From a virus (Duplodnaviria > Caudoviricetes), in IMG/VR virus record IMGVR_UViG_3300024355_000623, positions 1 through 32,277 of that record: a stretch of DNA of 32,277 nt; one strand, written 5' to 3'. The notes beneath the pieces are model-generated. The model had not been told where the DNA came from. It made no database searches and saw only the letters and a list, made by a program, of their open reading frames with translations. A program made the position numbers and the translations under genes. This document shows positions 8,784 to 18,006 of this stretch, piece after piece (position 1 is the first letter of the stretch; each line of letters begins with the position of its first letter).

Positions 8784-10133
8784 CTAGTTCTTGTTGCGGA
8801 CAATGTGCCATGGGCTCCAAACGCTTGGGATGCCCCTTTCGTTGGCGAAATAGCTGGCCACGATTCCCTTGTCCAGCATCTCGTACTGGTTGGGGGCTGC
8901 CTGCTGCACATTGAGAGGGTAGTTCTGCATGTAGCGGAAGGATTTTCCACCCTGCATGATCCACCAGTAATCATCCGCATTTGCCTGGGACAGGTTCAAC
9001 CCATCCGTATCCACACATCGCTGTTCAATCAGCGGGCTGGAAAGGATGGTGAACTGGCCGCTGTAGGGATTGCCCGGGGTTTGGCGAATCTGCAGGGTGC
9101 CTGCGGTTGCCTGGGTTGCCCCGGCTGCCACGCGGGTTTCGGTCAGGTTGGCCCCCAGGATCAACTGGGCCGTGGCCAGTCGGGCGGGGTTGACCAGGAT
9201 CAAATTGGGCTGGATCAGCACACGTTTTCCAGTGCCAGGGTCCTTCATGCGTGCAAAACGCAGCATCGAGGCCTGGATGGAGGTCCAATCTACCATCGGG
9301 TTGCTGTGGTCATTCAGGTAACCAAGCGTTTCCGAGGTCTGGTAGGTGTTGTACGCCGTTCCATTGTATTTGAAGGAGTTGTTGACACCGATGATCGTGT
9401 CAATGACTTCCAGCTCTTTGCGATATGCCAGTTCCTCGCCCACACTGGCGGCAACATTCAGGATGTCGCCTGTCAGGTCGAAAAACACGGATTCCTTGAG
9501 CACGTCCACCGCGAGGGCGTTCTCCCGGGTTTCCGGGGTCTCAATCCATCGTTCGTTGAACTGCGCCCTAGTGTGGGGTTCTCCAGGGTTCCGCTTGCGC
9601 CCCTTGTCGCCAATGCGGTTGACGCCAATGACCTTCTGGCCGTTCAGCTTGGTGGCTTCCGCGGGGCAAATCTGGTCGGCAATCAGGGCTGGATTCTGGA
9701 AGGCTTCCAAAATCTTCACCTCGATCAGGCCGCCCACCACGCTGGTGAAGGCGTTGATGTTTGCAAAGGCAGTTGGGTCGATGCCGATGCCAGTGGCTTC
9801 CAGCAGGGCCCTGCTGTCATTGGGAAACCCGGATTCCACCAGGCTGCGTGCCGCAGTATAGCGGGACATGGCTGCGCCGTTGGCCGGGTCAAAGTGGTTG
9901 CGCCACTGTGGCCCGATGATGCCTTCGGCCAGTTCCTGGATGGAAAACTGTTCTGGCTTGAGCTTCTGCTCAGTCAGCTTGTGGTTGCCAGCAGGATCCC
10001 GGTTGGGATTGCCGGATTTATCGGTGAGCCCAAGGCCGTGCTTGATATCGTTGAGGAAAGCAAGCTTGCCCGCTGGGCTGTTTTTTCTGGACTCGTACAG
10101 GTCACGGATCTTTAAAATGTTTACCCGACTCAT
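8784..10133 (-). CDS. Major capsid protein (HK97 fold, Mu gpT-like)
   Basis: 449 aa after the protease-scaffold and decoration genes; ESVFFDLTG...QPNLILVNP motifs; AGGAG RBS. Confidence 0.85.
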   Translation of the reverse strand: MSRVNILKIRDLYESRKNSPAGKLAFLNDIKHGLGLTDKSGNPNRDPAGNHKLTEQKLKPEQFSIQELAEGIIGPQWRNHFDPANGAAMSRYTAARSLVESGFPNDSRALLEATGIGIDPTAFANINAFTSVVGGLIEVKILEAFQNPALIADQICPAEATKLNGQKVIGVNRIGDKGRKRNPGEPHTRAQFNERWIETPETRENALAVDVLKESVFFDLTGDILNVAASVGEELAYRKELEVIDTIIGVNNSFKYNGTAYNTYQTSETLGYLNDHSNPMVDWTSIQASMLRFARMKDPGTGKRVLIQPNLILVNPARLATAQLILGANLTETRVAAGATQATAGTLQIRQTPGNPYSGQFTILSSPLIEQRCVDTDGLNLSQANADDYWWIMQGGKSFRYMQNYPLNVQQAAPNQYEMLDKGIVASYFANERGIPSVWSPWHIVRNKN

Positions 10134-10151
10134 GTTCGGAATCTCCTTAAA

Positions 10152-10646
10152 TTAGAATTTTTGACGTCCTGCCAGCCCGTAGAGCCGGCACAGCACTCTG
10201 GTCGTTGCCGCGGAATAGTACCCGACCACCACGCCGATGGCCTTGGCCGCGTCGGCCACCTCGACCACCTTTTTGTCCTCAATTGCACCGGCAGCGGAGG
10301 CACCGCTGGAAACCGCTCCCACCATGTCCCCGGGAAGGAAACTGGAGGACGAGGCGCAATCGGCCTCATAGATGCAGTCTGTGATGACCTCGACGTGCCC
10401 AGCGGCTGTCTGAACTGCCAGCCGGCTTTGGGTCGCCACGCCCACAAAGGCGTCATGCACCGTGGCCTGGTCCGTTGCAGCCGTGCCGGATCCGGTCATG
10501 GCAGACAGTGGTTTTACGGTGGAGGTGTTGGAATCCCAGTACAGGAAATCCCCCACGGAGATGACAGTCCCACCCGCCACTGGGTAGCGAACAAGTCTGA
10601 AATCTGCTGGTTTCGAAAAGTTTCCGCCGCCAAAAGTTGTACTCAT
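10152..10646 (-). CDS. Head decoration/cement protein
   Basis: 164 aa, Ala/Gly/Val-rich (ISVGDFLYWD...FVGVA...AIGVV), between the scaffold and capsid genes. Confidence 0.7.
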   Translation of the reverse strand: MSTTFGGGNFSKPADFRLVRYPVAGGTVISVGDFLYWDSNTSTVKPLSAMTGSGTAATDQATVHDAFVGVATQSRLAVQTAAGHVEVITDCIYEADCASSSSFLPGDMVGAVSSGASAAGAIEDKKVVEVADAAKAIGVVVGYYSAATTRVLCRLYGLAGRQKF

Positions 10647-10662
10647 TTTTGTGTCTCCTATC

Positions 10663-11781
10663 CTAGTTTTGCAGCCAGTTGTACAGGTCGGATTGCGCCG
10701 GGATCCTTGAGGATTTCCCCTCCGTCACCGGCACGCCCGAGCGAGGCTTGGAAGCCTTGCTGGCCTGGGCCAGCCTGCGGGCATGGCGTTCGATGGAGAC
10801 CTTTCCAAGTCCCATCAGGTCGGTGAGCAGGTTTTTAGAAAGGGGTAATTGCAGGGATTCGCACAGCCTGCGGATCCAGGCTTCCTTCTTCATGCGCTGG
10901 ATCTCTTCCTGAAGTTGGGCCACGCCCGGATTTTTGTGAACCTGGCGGGATTCCTTGACTTCCTTGTCATCCTCGTCCTTATCCTCTTCTTCCTCGTAGG
11001 AGTCGTCTTCCTCCTTGGTGACGTCGCTGGCGCTGCCTTCCTCGGCCTCGGAGGTTTCCTCCTCTTCCTGGGTAAAGTCGCCTTCCTCCATGGCTTCCTT
11101 GACCAGCTTGACGATGGCTTGCGCCTTTTCCTCGTCGGACAATTCGCCTTCCTTGAGGGCATCCAGAACCTTGGAGGCCAGGGAGTCTTTTTCCTCGTCC
11201 CCCTCCTCCTCGTTTTCGACCTTGTCATGGTCTTCCATGGATTTCTTTTCCTCTTCCTCACGAAGCTTGCGCTTGATGCCCTTGTTCATTTTTCCCTCCG
11301 ATAAACTTGAAGTGGTTGCCGGGTCGGCAACCAGGTCCACATGTCGAACTTCCGTCACGCGATGCACCACGAATGTATCGCCGTCTTTTTCACCCTCGCC
11401 CTGTGCATTGTGGGAAAGGCCGAATGCCTCTGGCATCCGTTCTGCCGCCTCGGTCACCCTGGAGGCCATGGGATGGCTCTTGAGGTAAACCATGTCCCCG
11501 TACAACCCCTTGCCCTCGACGTAGCGGATGTTTTGCAGCTTCCCGAAACGGTCGTAGGCGGAGCGTTGTCCGGCCGGGTCATCCTCGGGGTGGTCGATGT
11601 TGACCTTGATGCCCTCGTAAAGTTTCTTGGCGGATTTGAGGGCCTCGGGTAAATATTTCCTGCCGTTGTCACTGTCAAAGCCAATGATTTTCACGCCGTA
11701 GATGATGCCGGCGGATTTGTCCACGCGGAGCGGATTGGCCCCGAGGGATGCTTCCAGTGCGAACAGACGATTTAACCTCAT
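10663..11781 (-). CDS. Prohead protease-scaffold fusion
   Basis: N-terminal NGRKY...NIDHP...FGLSHNA...VDLVADPAT protease motifs followed by a very acidic coiled-coil region; start likely ATG 11781. Confidence 0.85.
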   Translation of the reverse strand: MRLNRLFALEASLGANPLRVDKSAGIIYGVKIIGFDSDNGRKYLPEALKSAKKLYEGIKVNIDHPEDDPAGQRSAYDRFGKLQNIRYVEGKGLYGDMVYLKSHPMASRVTEAAERMPEAFGLSHNAQGEGEKDGDTFVVHRVTEVRHVDLVADPATTSSLSEGKMNKGIKRKLREEEEKKSMEDHDKVENEEEGDEEKDSLASKVLDALKEGELSDEEKAQAIVKLVKEAMEEGDFTQEEEETSEAEEGSASDVTKEEDDSYEEEEDKDEDDKEVKESRQVHKNPGVAQLQEEIQRMKKEAWIRRLCESLQLPLSKNLLTDLMGLGKVSIERHARRLAQASKASKPRSGVPVTEGKSSRIPAQSDLYNWLQN

Positions 11782-11817
11782 AAGCCGAGTATCAGAAATG
11801 ACCCGGCAAAGTGTCAA
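11782..11817 (-). promoter_or_regulatory. Sigma70-like promoter, probably producing a leaderless mRNA
   Basis: TTGACA (11817-11812), 18 nt, GATACT (11793-11788), 6 nt, ATG; no SD sequence. Confidence 0.55.
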
Positions 11818-11844
11818 ACTGGCGCGTGATTATTTTTTGGACTT

Positions 11845-12405
11845 TTACTTTTTCTTTTTGGATTTTGGCGGGTCGGGAGGGAATCCATCCACATAACCGG
11901 CGGCCCTAAGGGTTTTGCGGAACTCTTTGGGAAGGTGATCCCATTGATCCTTCTCCAGGATCGATCTTGTGCGAATTAAAAGGTTCACATAATCGGGTGG
12001 ATAAACCGGGTCCGGGTTAATGCCGTCCCGCCATCCCAGGGCTTCCAGCCGATCCTGGGATGCCTGGGATAACTGGCACCACCCTACCAGACCCATATGC
12101 GGGCACTGGTCCGATGGAGAGATTCCATCCACATAACCGGCTGCCTTGAGAGCAACCCTGAACTCCTCGGGAAGGTGATCCCATTGATCCTTCTCCATGG
12201 ACGCACCGGATTGGGTCAGGCGTTCAATGTAGTCAGGCGGATAAACCGGGTCTGGGCGAATGCCATCGCGCCAGCCCAAAGCCGACAACCGCTCCCTTGC
12301 CTCTTGAGGAATCAAATCCCAGGTTGCTTTTCCCATATGCGGGGAGGTGCAAATCATGTCGCCTTCCTCCGCAACAAATCTGTTTTTTTTGGGTTTCCTT
12401 GTCAT
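11845..12405 (-). CDS. Tandem-repeat protein, putative immunity protein for the MuF-ART toxin
   Basis: ATGA overlap with the MuF stop; two 80-aa repeats, each with two W-x2-[LI]-x7-L-x-A-x-G-[WY]-x-DG sub-repeats. Confidence 0.65.
   Translation of the reverse strand: MTRKPKKNRFVAEEGDMICTSPHMGKATWDLIPQEARERLSALGWRDGIRPDPVYPPDYIERLTQSGASMEKDQWDHLPEEFRVALKAAGYVDGISPSDQCPHMGLVGWCQLSQASQDRLEALGWRDGINPDPVYPPDYVNLLIRTRSILEKDQWDHLPKEFRKTLRAAGYVDGFPPDPPKSKKKK
11881..12340. repeat. Imperfect 240-bp tandem duplication within the repeat gene
   Basis: ccatccacataaccgg...gggaaggtgatcccattgatccttctcca...ggataaaccgggtc...cccatatgcggg recur at an offset of 240. Confidence 0.9.
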
Positions 12406-14249
12406 AAAAACGCTTCCCATGTTCCGTCAGGAAATTGAACCCCGGTAACTTTTAATTTCATTCCTCTTTGCAACAAAATTTCCTCTTCGCGGATATTGTT
12501 GTGTCCAGAGTTAATCCCTTTTTGCAAGCGCATTAATGCCGGAATGTAAATGCCTTTGACAGGGCTCACAATAGTTATTCTATACACCTTTTTGGATTTT
12601 CCTCCGAATTTACTGGCTACTTTTCGAGAAAGGGATGTGCTCATGAATCCCTTGTCTTTATCCGCCGGATTTACGCTGGCTGGAACAGATCTGAACAGCA
12701 CTGTTCCGAGAGGTATTTCCATGGCGTGTTTTTTGTGAACTTTATCCAGTGCGTGTACTACCCTCAAGACAGCAGGGTTGTTTTTTTTATGACGAACCAC
12801 ATCATTCATGATTTCATGGTAGGGGCCGATGTACTTGCGAAGCGGCGGGGTTCCCTTAGAAGTGGATTTCAGCAACTGGTCCGATAATTTACTACTGTAA
12901 ACAAAGTGCTGTGCGGCCGTTTTTACCGTGAGGGGCGGTTTGATTGCAGGGGTTTGGTTCCATCCTGGCTGGGGTAAAGAGGGCGGCACTGGCTGGGGCG
13001 GTGCTGGGAAATCCGGTGGTTTCTGTCCTCCTGCAGAGGGCGGAAGATAGCCATAGTTAGCCACCTGGCGTGTCAGTTCCTTCCTCTTGGAAATCAGCGC
13101 GGCGAATTTGTCCAGGCGCTGCTTGCGCTCGTCCGGAGTCTCCCGGTAAAGCTCGCGTTCGTCCAGCAGCCTGCCGGTGTCCGGCTCGACAAAATGCCCC
13201 CAGGTGATCTTGTGGTTGGGAAGAAGGGCGCGCATCATATTCATGCGCCTGGCTCCCACCACGCGTTTCTGGTCGTGTTCCGGGGCGCGCTCGAACCAGT
13301 CCGTGTAGACCGCCGGATTGGGAATGAGTTCATTCCGGGCGTTGGTGAATACCGCCTTGGCGGCAGGATCCTCCTCGATGTGCTTCTGGACTTCCAGCAC
13401 TGGCGTAAGCCAGCAGCGGCAGTTATGCGCAACGGTGCCGTCTTCCTCCAGGGGAGGCCTGGGCATCTTTTCGAGGCCAAGCTGTCCTGGTCCAGGTTTC
13501 TTGTAGTAGATGGTTCCGGATCGCGCGGCATGGTGGGGTCGTACCCTGGCATCCATGGTGGCGTGGATCTGGTAGCCAACCACCATGTCCCCCAGTTGCT
13601 CGTAGGCCTGCATCCGTGTCTCATGGGCGATGCGCATGGACTCATTGCGGGCGACCCGCCGGGCAGTGCTGGAGATACCCTGGACAAAAGGCCGGATCTG
13701 TCGGGATAATTCGGCGGGCGTGGCACCCGCGCTGAATCCGCTTGTCACCAGAGACGCCAGTTGTTCGGGGCTGGCCCTGCGAGTCTGCTGCTCCAGTCTT
13801 CCATCCCAGCTCATGCCATTGGTGGTTCCACGGACAATGGAGGCGACCTTGTCCTGGGGAATCTTCTTGAAGAGCGCATCCTGGATCTGGCTGCGCTCCT
13901 TGTTCTTGTTTTCCAGAACCGGCTTACGCTCAGTAAGGAGACCCAAGTACGCCACTGGAATGGTTTTCCCCAGCACGGTGGCCGCATCCTGGTAGGAGCT
14001 GGTGACCATGTCTTCCAGTCCGTCCGCCAGGCCGGAGCGGGCGTGATGCATCACTTGGGTCAGCAGGTGGTACAGTCGGTAGCGCTTGATCGTCAGGCTA
14101 TCCTTGGACTTCAGGACGCTCTGGATCTGTACCCAGAGGGTTTCCAGCTTGCGATCTATACGCAATGTCACGTTATCGGCCACGGAAAGCTGTTTTTCCT
14201 GGTGGAGATTGAACTTGGCCGCAAGGGTGGAATTGAGCGCGGAGCGCAT
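12402..14249 (-). CDS. MuF (SPP1 gp7-like) minor head protein with a C-terminal ADP-ribosyltransferase toxin domain
   Basis: MuF motifs ARRVARNE, ATMDARVRPHH, HNCRC; Pro-rich linker; C-terminal VLFR...GFMSTSLS...REEEILL (R-STS-ExE). Confidence 0.85.
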   Translation of the reverse strand: MRSALNSTLAAKFNLHQEKQLSVADNVTLRIDRKLETLWVQIQSVLKSKDSLTIKRYRLYHLLTQVMHHARSGLADGLEDMVTSSYQDAATVLGKTIPVAYLGLLTERKPVLENKNKERSQIQDALFKKIPQDKVASIVRGTTNGMSWDGRLEQQTRRASPEQLASLVTSGFSAGATPAELSRQIRPFVQGISSTARRVARNESMRIAHETRMQAYEQLGDMVVGYQIHATMDARVRPHHAARSGTIYYKKPGPGQLGLEKMPRPPLEEDGTVAHNCRCWLTPVLEVQKHIEEDPAAKAVFTNARNELIPNPAVYTDWFERAPEHDQKRVVGARRMNMMRALLPNHKITWGHFVEPDTGRLLDERELYRETPDERKQRLDKFAALISKRKELTRQVANYGYLPPSAGGQKPPDFPAPPQPVPPSLPQPGWNQTPAIKPPLTVKTAAQHFVYSSKLSDQLLKSTSKGTPPLRKYIGPYHEIMNDVVRHKKNNPAVLRVVHALDKVHKKHAMEIPLGTVLFRSVPASVNPADKDKGFMSTSLSRKVASKFGGKSKKVYRITIVSPVKGIYIPALMRLQKGINSGHNNIREEEILLQRGMKLKVTGVQFPDGTWEAFL

Positions 14250-15841
14250 CAGAATCCCAAGCCTCCGTCGGGTTCCTTGTCCTGTTCCTGATTGTCTGTG
14301 GCTTCATCTGGAAGCTGCAGGATGCCATCGCCCTGAGAAGAGGCAAGCTCCTGCTGGTTGGCTTCTTCTTGGTCCCAGTCCAGTCCCAGTTCCTGGGCGA
14401 TAGTCTGCCTGCTCTTGATGCCGAGGGTGGAGTAAATCTGGTTGGCGGAGGCCTCAGCGGACTTGTCCCGAGTTTCGACCGAGGGTGCCTGTGCCTGGAT
14501 GTCCAGAAGGTTGAGTACATTTGGGGGAAGCACCCCGGCGCTGGAGGCAGCTTCCACGGCGGAGCGGATCACGCGCAGGAAATGGTTTTTGTAAAACTCC
14601 TGCAAGCGGACACAGTGACGGGTGAAGGGGGCTTCCGCCGTGAGGCTGGATGCATAGTTCCCGTTGCTGGAGTCGCTGGACACAAGCCATTCCGGGGCAT
14701 TGTGCCTGTTGCCAGCCGAACGCAGGAGCCCCTGCATGACCTCGAGGTGAGCGGCGCTGTTGGCTGCGGCCGGTGGCGGGATGTAATTCATGCCTTTGGG
14801 AATATCGAGAAAGCTGCCCGGCTCGATGCGCTGGAAATCGGTCTGCCTGCCGGTGGCCATGTTGGGTGCGGAGTAGTCCACGCCGCTCTGGATGAAATCC
14901 TGAACCTGGTCCACGGTGGTGCTTTCGTGCTGGCGGACTGCAGCAATAGCGGCCTGGACTGCGGCACCCTCGCCCAAGTTGCGCCGCAACTTGCCAGCCT
15001 GCGTGAAGGCATCAAGCGTGTCGTAGGCAAAATCACTCATGCCCCGTTTGATGGAGCGTTTCACGTTGCACTTGATGTGGACGATGTTTTTTGTGTCCAC
15101 TATTTCGCCAACGGTGGGCTCGGGGTCCTTCTGGCCACCAGCAGCCCGGTAGTCGACATGGTAGGCCTTGATGGCGAAAACATCGTCCGGGTCGGTCTGG
15201 ATGCCATAGGACCACTCCAGGATGTCGGCACCGGGGGGCTGGTATATTTGCTCGGGCTCCACGGTGCGGATCACCAGGCGCCCGTCCTCCTGGGCAAACA
15301 GGCGCACAAAGGCCTCTCCGTCCTCCCTGCTGCGCCAGAACAGTTCCTGCTCCATTTCGCTCCAGCAGTTTTCCTCGCGGAAGATGTCGATAACCTGCTG
15401 CACGGCGGCCACAAGGGCGTCTTCCGCGCCGGAGGAGGGCTTGGCGGCAACCCGATAGGTGTAGCCGGTGCCAATGACGTAGGAGCAGAGTCCGTTGAGG
15501 AGTCCCTGGGCATTCGGGTTGGTGGTGACGCAGAAACGTGCCTGGGCGCGCAGGATGGCAAGCTGGGACTCGCTGACCCAGAAGGGGTAGTTGGAGCCAT
15601 AGCGGCGGTCGGTGGGCTGGGTGACCGGATAGGTGCCGCTGAAGCCGTCGCGGTAGCGGTCGAGTAGGTCGCCATAGCCAGTCATCCAGAAATCCTGGGA
15701 TACGGAATTTTCGACCAGTTTTTTGGCCCGTTCGAGGCGACGCAGCTTGATCTGCTCCTCCAGTTCCTCGCGCTGCTGCCGGGTGGTCTGTCTGGGTGCT
15801 GGGAAGCCAAAAAGGTTCCACCAGCGTTTCTGGTTGCTCAT
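14249..15841 (-). CDS. Portal protein (lambda-like)
   Basis: Follows TerL with ATGA overlap; DGEAFVR, IVHIK...KRGMSD and SNGNYASS motifs. Confidence 0.85.
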   Translation of the reverse strand: MSNQKRWWNLFGFPAPRQTTRQQREELEEQIKLRRLERAKKLVENSVSQDFWMTGYGDLLDRYRDGFSGTYPVTQPTDRRYGSNYPFWVSESQLAILRAQARFCVTTNPNAQGLLNGLCSYVIGTGYTYRVAAKPSSGAEDALVAAVQQVIDIFREENCWSEMEQELFWRSREDGEAFVRLFAQEDGRLVIRTVEPEQIYQPPGADILEWSYGIQTDPDDVFAIKAYHVDYRAAGGQKDPEPTVGEIVDTKNIVHIKCNVKRSIKRGMSDFAYDTLDAFTQAGKLRRNLGEGAAVQAAIAAVRQHESTTVDQVQDFIQSGVDYSAPNMATGRQTDFQRIEPGSFLDIPKGMNYIPPPAAANSAAHLEVMQGLLRSAGNRHNAPEWLVSSDSSNGNYASSLTAEAPFTRHCVRLQEFYKNHFLRVIRSAVEAASSAGVLPPNVLNLLDIQAQAPSVETRDKSAEASANQIYSTLGIKSRQTIAQELGLDWDQEEANQQELASSQGDGILQLPDEATDNQEQDKEPDGGLGF

Positions 15842-17328
15842 GTTATGATTCTCCTGAAAGCCTGTGTCTTGCGTCCATTCCACATGTCGATCATAACCCT
15901 GAGGGCCATTTCGAGCGAATCGGGGCCGTCATCGTGCGCGGCAACGGGGAAGTCGCGCAATTGCTCGACAAGCAGCTTGGTGCCAGGGGAGGCGGCCTTG
16001 AATCGAAAAAGTTTCTGGCCGAGGTAGGGTCCCAACCTGCGGATACGCACGGCCTTGTTGATGGTGTTGTGAACCTGTACCACCGGGACGGGAAAACCGG
16101 CCTCGATGGCTTTTTTCTGGAGCTGCACCGCCAGAAGCTCTTGAAACTGGTTGCTTTCAAAGGCGATGGCATCGGCGCGAAAGTCCCCCTGTGCCTCCAG
16201 GGTGGAGTCCACGATGGCCTCGGAGGATCTGCGGGCGAGGTCGGCCTCGACAAACAGTTTGCCATCGGTGGCCCGTCCGAGTCGGACAATGGCGGAATAG
16301 TCGCCATGCCTTGACGAGGAACCCTTGGAGGGATCGACTCCGATGACCCTGGTCTGGATGGAGGCGGGCCATTCGTCAAACCAGATATCTTCGGCAAAGT
16401 AGCTTTCGGGCCATTCAACACCGCCGCCGGCGCGCGGGCGCTGCTGGTACAGTGCGGCCCACTCGTAATCGCCAATGCTGGCGCGCATCTGCTCCAGCTT
16501 GCGGATGGGAAAAAGATCCTCCCAGAGGGCTTCTCCCTCGCTGCGCGGGTCGTAGGCTGGTCGGTGGTGCTCGGCGATTGCTGGCAGCTCAATGACCTGC
16601 CACTGGTCTGCCCTGGTGTCATCCCTTGCCAGGGTAATGAGTTTGCCCGCAAGGTCCTCAGCGTGCCAGCGGGTCATGACGACAAGGATGCGGGCATCCT
16701 GCTGCTGGCGGGTGTAGAGGGTCGAGGTGTACCAGTCCCAGATGTTCTGGCGGATGGTGGGGGAGTCGGCCTCCTCGCGGTTCTTGATGGGATCGTCGAT
16801 GATGAGCCAGTGTGCGCCCATGCCGGTGATGCCACCTCCGACACCCGAGCTGCGGTAGCACCCCTTGTGCCCGACGACCTCGAAGACATCGGAGTTGCGC
16901 AGGTAAGACCCGGCCACGGTGCGGGAGTTGGAATCGTTGAGGCGTGTGTCCGGAAACAGCTTCTGGTAGGCCTCGGAGTCGATGATGCGCTGGACATCCC
17001 GGTTAAGGCGGCTGGCCAAATCGGCGGAGTAACTGGTGGCGATGATGGAAGTGTCGGGGAGATTGCCCAGGATCCAGGCGGGTAGCCTGCGGGAAACCAG
17101 CTCGGACTTGCCGTGGCGGGGTGGCACGCTGATGATGAGACGGCGGCTGTCGGCGTGGACCATGTCGTGGATGGCCCGCGCAATGACCTGGTGGTGCCAG
17201 GAGGGGCGGTAGTCTGGCATGGTGTAGGAGGTGAAGTCAATCAGGCTGGATCGGGCCCGGCGACGGAGGGTGATTTCCCTGGCCGCCTGGGCTGCGTTCA
17301 GCGGCAATGATGGCTGCAAGCTCGTCAT
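15838..17328 (-). CDS. terL: Terminase large subunit
   Basis: Walker A PPRHGKS, Walker B LIIDDP, MTRWH, YQQRP, nuclease motifs GVDPS and HDDGPD. Confidence 0.95.
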   Translation of the reverse strand: MTSLQPSLPLNAAQAAREITLRRRARSSLIDFTSYTMPDYRPSWHHQVIARAIHDMVHADSRRLIISVPPRHGKSELVSRRLPAWILGNLPDTSIIATSYSADLASRLNRDVQRIIDSEAYQKLFPDTRLNDSNSRTVAGSYLRNSDVFEVVGHKGCYRSSGVGGGITGMGAHWLIIDDPIKNREEADSPTIRQNIWDWYTSTLYTRQQQDARILVVMTRWHAEDLAGKLITLARDDTRADQWQVIELPAIAEHHRPAYDPRSEGEALWEDLFPIRKLEQMRASIGDYEWAALYQQRPRAGGGVEWPESYFAEDIWFDEWPASIQTRVIGVDPSKGSSSRHGDYSAIVRLGRATDGKLFVEADLARRSSEAIVDSTLEAQGDFRADAIAFESNQFQELLAVQLQKKAIEAGFPVPVVQVHNTINKAVRIRRLGPYLGQKLFRFKAASPGTKLLVEQLRDFPVAAHDDGPDSLEMALRVMIDMWNGRKTQAFRRIIT

Positions 17329-17716
17329 CGCTGAGGTCCTCCGCCCGGTGGTTCGTGGTGACATCGTGTTTCTGAGGGGCTTCCAGCCCCAGCAGTTTGT
17401 CAATGCGCTCCTGGGCGTGCAGGATGTCGCGGACGCTGGAGCCATCGCCGGCCACGATGGATTCGTAGAGCCTCAAGGATTCGATCCGGTGCTGCTCGCG
17501 GGTTCTTCCGGTGTCCTCCAGGAGGATTTTCCGCGCGCGAGCAAGATAATCCTCGCAGGCCCGGAATTCGACGTTGTAGCGTTTTTTGAGGATGCGCTTG
17601 ATGTCGCACTTGTATAGGCGGCGGGAGAGTAGAAAGACGGTGAACTCGACGCGATCCCTCAGTTCCTCGGCGGAGGGCTTGACCGGCTTTTTTTTGGAGG
17701 GTCTTGGGCTGGTCAT
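17237..17716 (-). CDS. terS: Terminase small subunit (probable)
   Basis: Helical protein directly upstream of TerL; RIDKLLGLEAP...DLSDDEL motifs. Confidence 0.7.
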   Translation of the reverse strand: MTSPRPSKKKPVKPSAEELRDRVEFTVFLLSRRLYKCDIKRILKKRYNVEFRACEDYLARARKILLEDTGRTREQHRIESLRLYESIVAGDGSSVRDILHAQERIDKLLGLEAPQKHDVTTNHRAEDLSDDELAAIIAAERSPGGQGNHPPSPGPIQPD

Positions 17717-18006
17717 TTTCTGGCCCCAGTGCGGTGGTTGGGAACCCAATCCTCGGTCATAAAAATGGACTCGCCCCTTGAATGGCGCTGGATGTAGACC
17801 TCAAGGCGTTCCTGCGTGCCAGGCTGGGCGGTGGTGGGCTGCCCCTTGCGCCCTGGGCCACGGTACCATTCGGGCAACATGACGGAGCAGAGCCTGGCCC
17901 ATTGGATGGCGTCCAGCTTCAGCTTGTCCGGGATGGACTCAAGTCGTTTCATCAGGGTCTTGACCGGTACGACCCGGCGGCGGCTGACAGTCATAGCGCA
18001 CTCCAT
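17713..18006 (-). CDS. Hypothetical protein with a PT-x-A-x-PG motif
   Basis: PTTAQPGTQERLEVYIQRHSRGESIF resembles a motif I recall from planctomycete proteins; start uncertain. Confidence 0.5.
   Translation of the reverse strand: MECAMTVSRRRVVPVKTLMKRLESIPDKLKLDAIQWARLCSVMLPEWYRGPGRKGQPTTAQPGTQERLEVYIQRHSRGESIFMTEDWVPNHRTGARK

Noticed and set aside
8757-10115. 452-aa plus-strand ORF (similarly 14369-15667, 21532-22638, 24689-25567, 7528-8310)
   Set aside because: Antisense shadows of well-supported GC-rich phage genes, with no motifs or RBS
10940-11270. GAG/GAA-rich low-complexity tract
   Set aside because: Explained by the acidic scaffold domain of the protease-scaffold protein
11782-11817. 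ORF-track N-terminal extension (TTG start at 11817) of the protease-scaffold gene
   Set aside because: The TTG coincides with the -35 box TTGACA and has no SD; ATG 11781 is more plausible
11881-12340. 240-bp repeat as a CRISPR array or DGR template
   Set aside because: In-frame coding duplication with differences not restricted to adenines; no repeat-spacer structure
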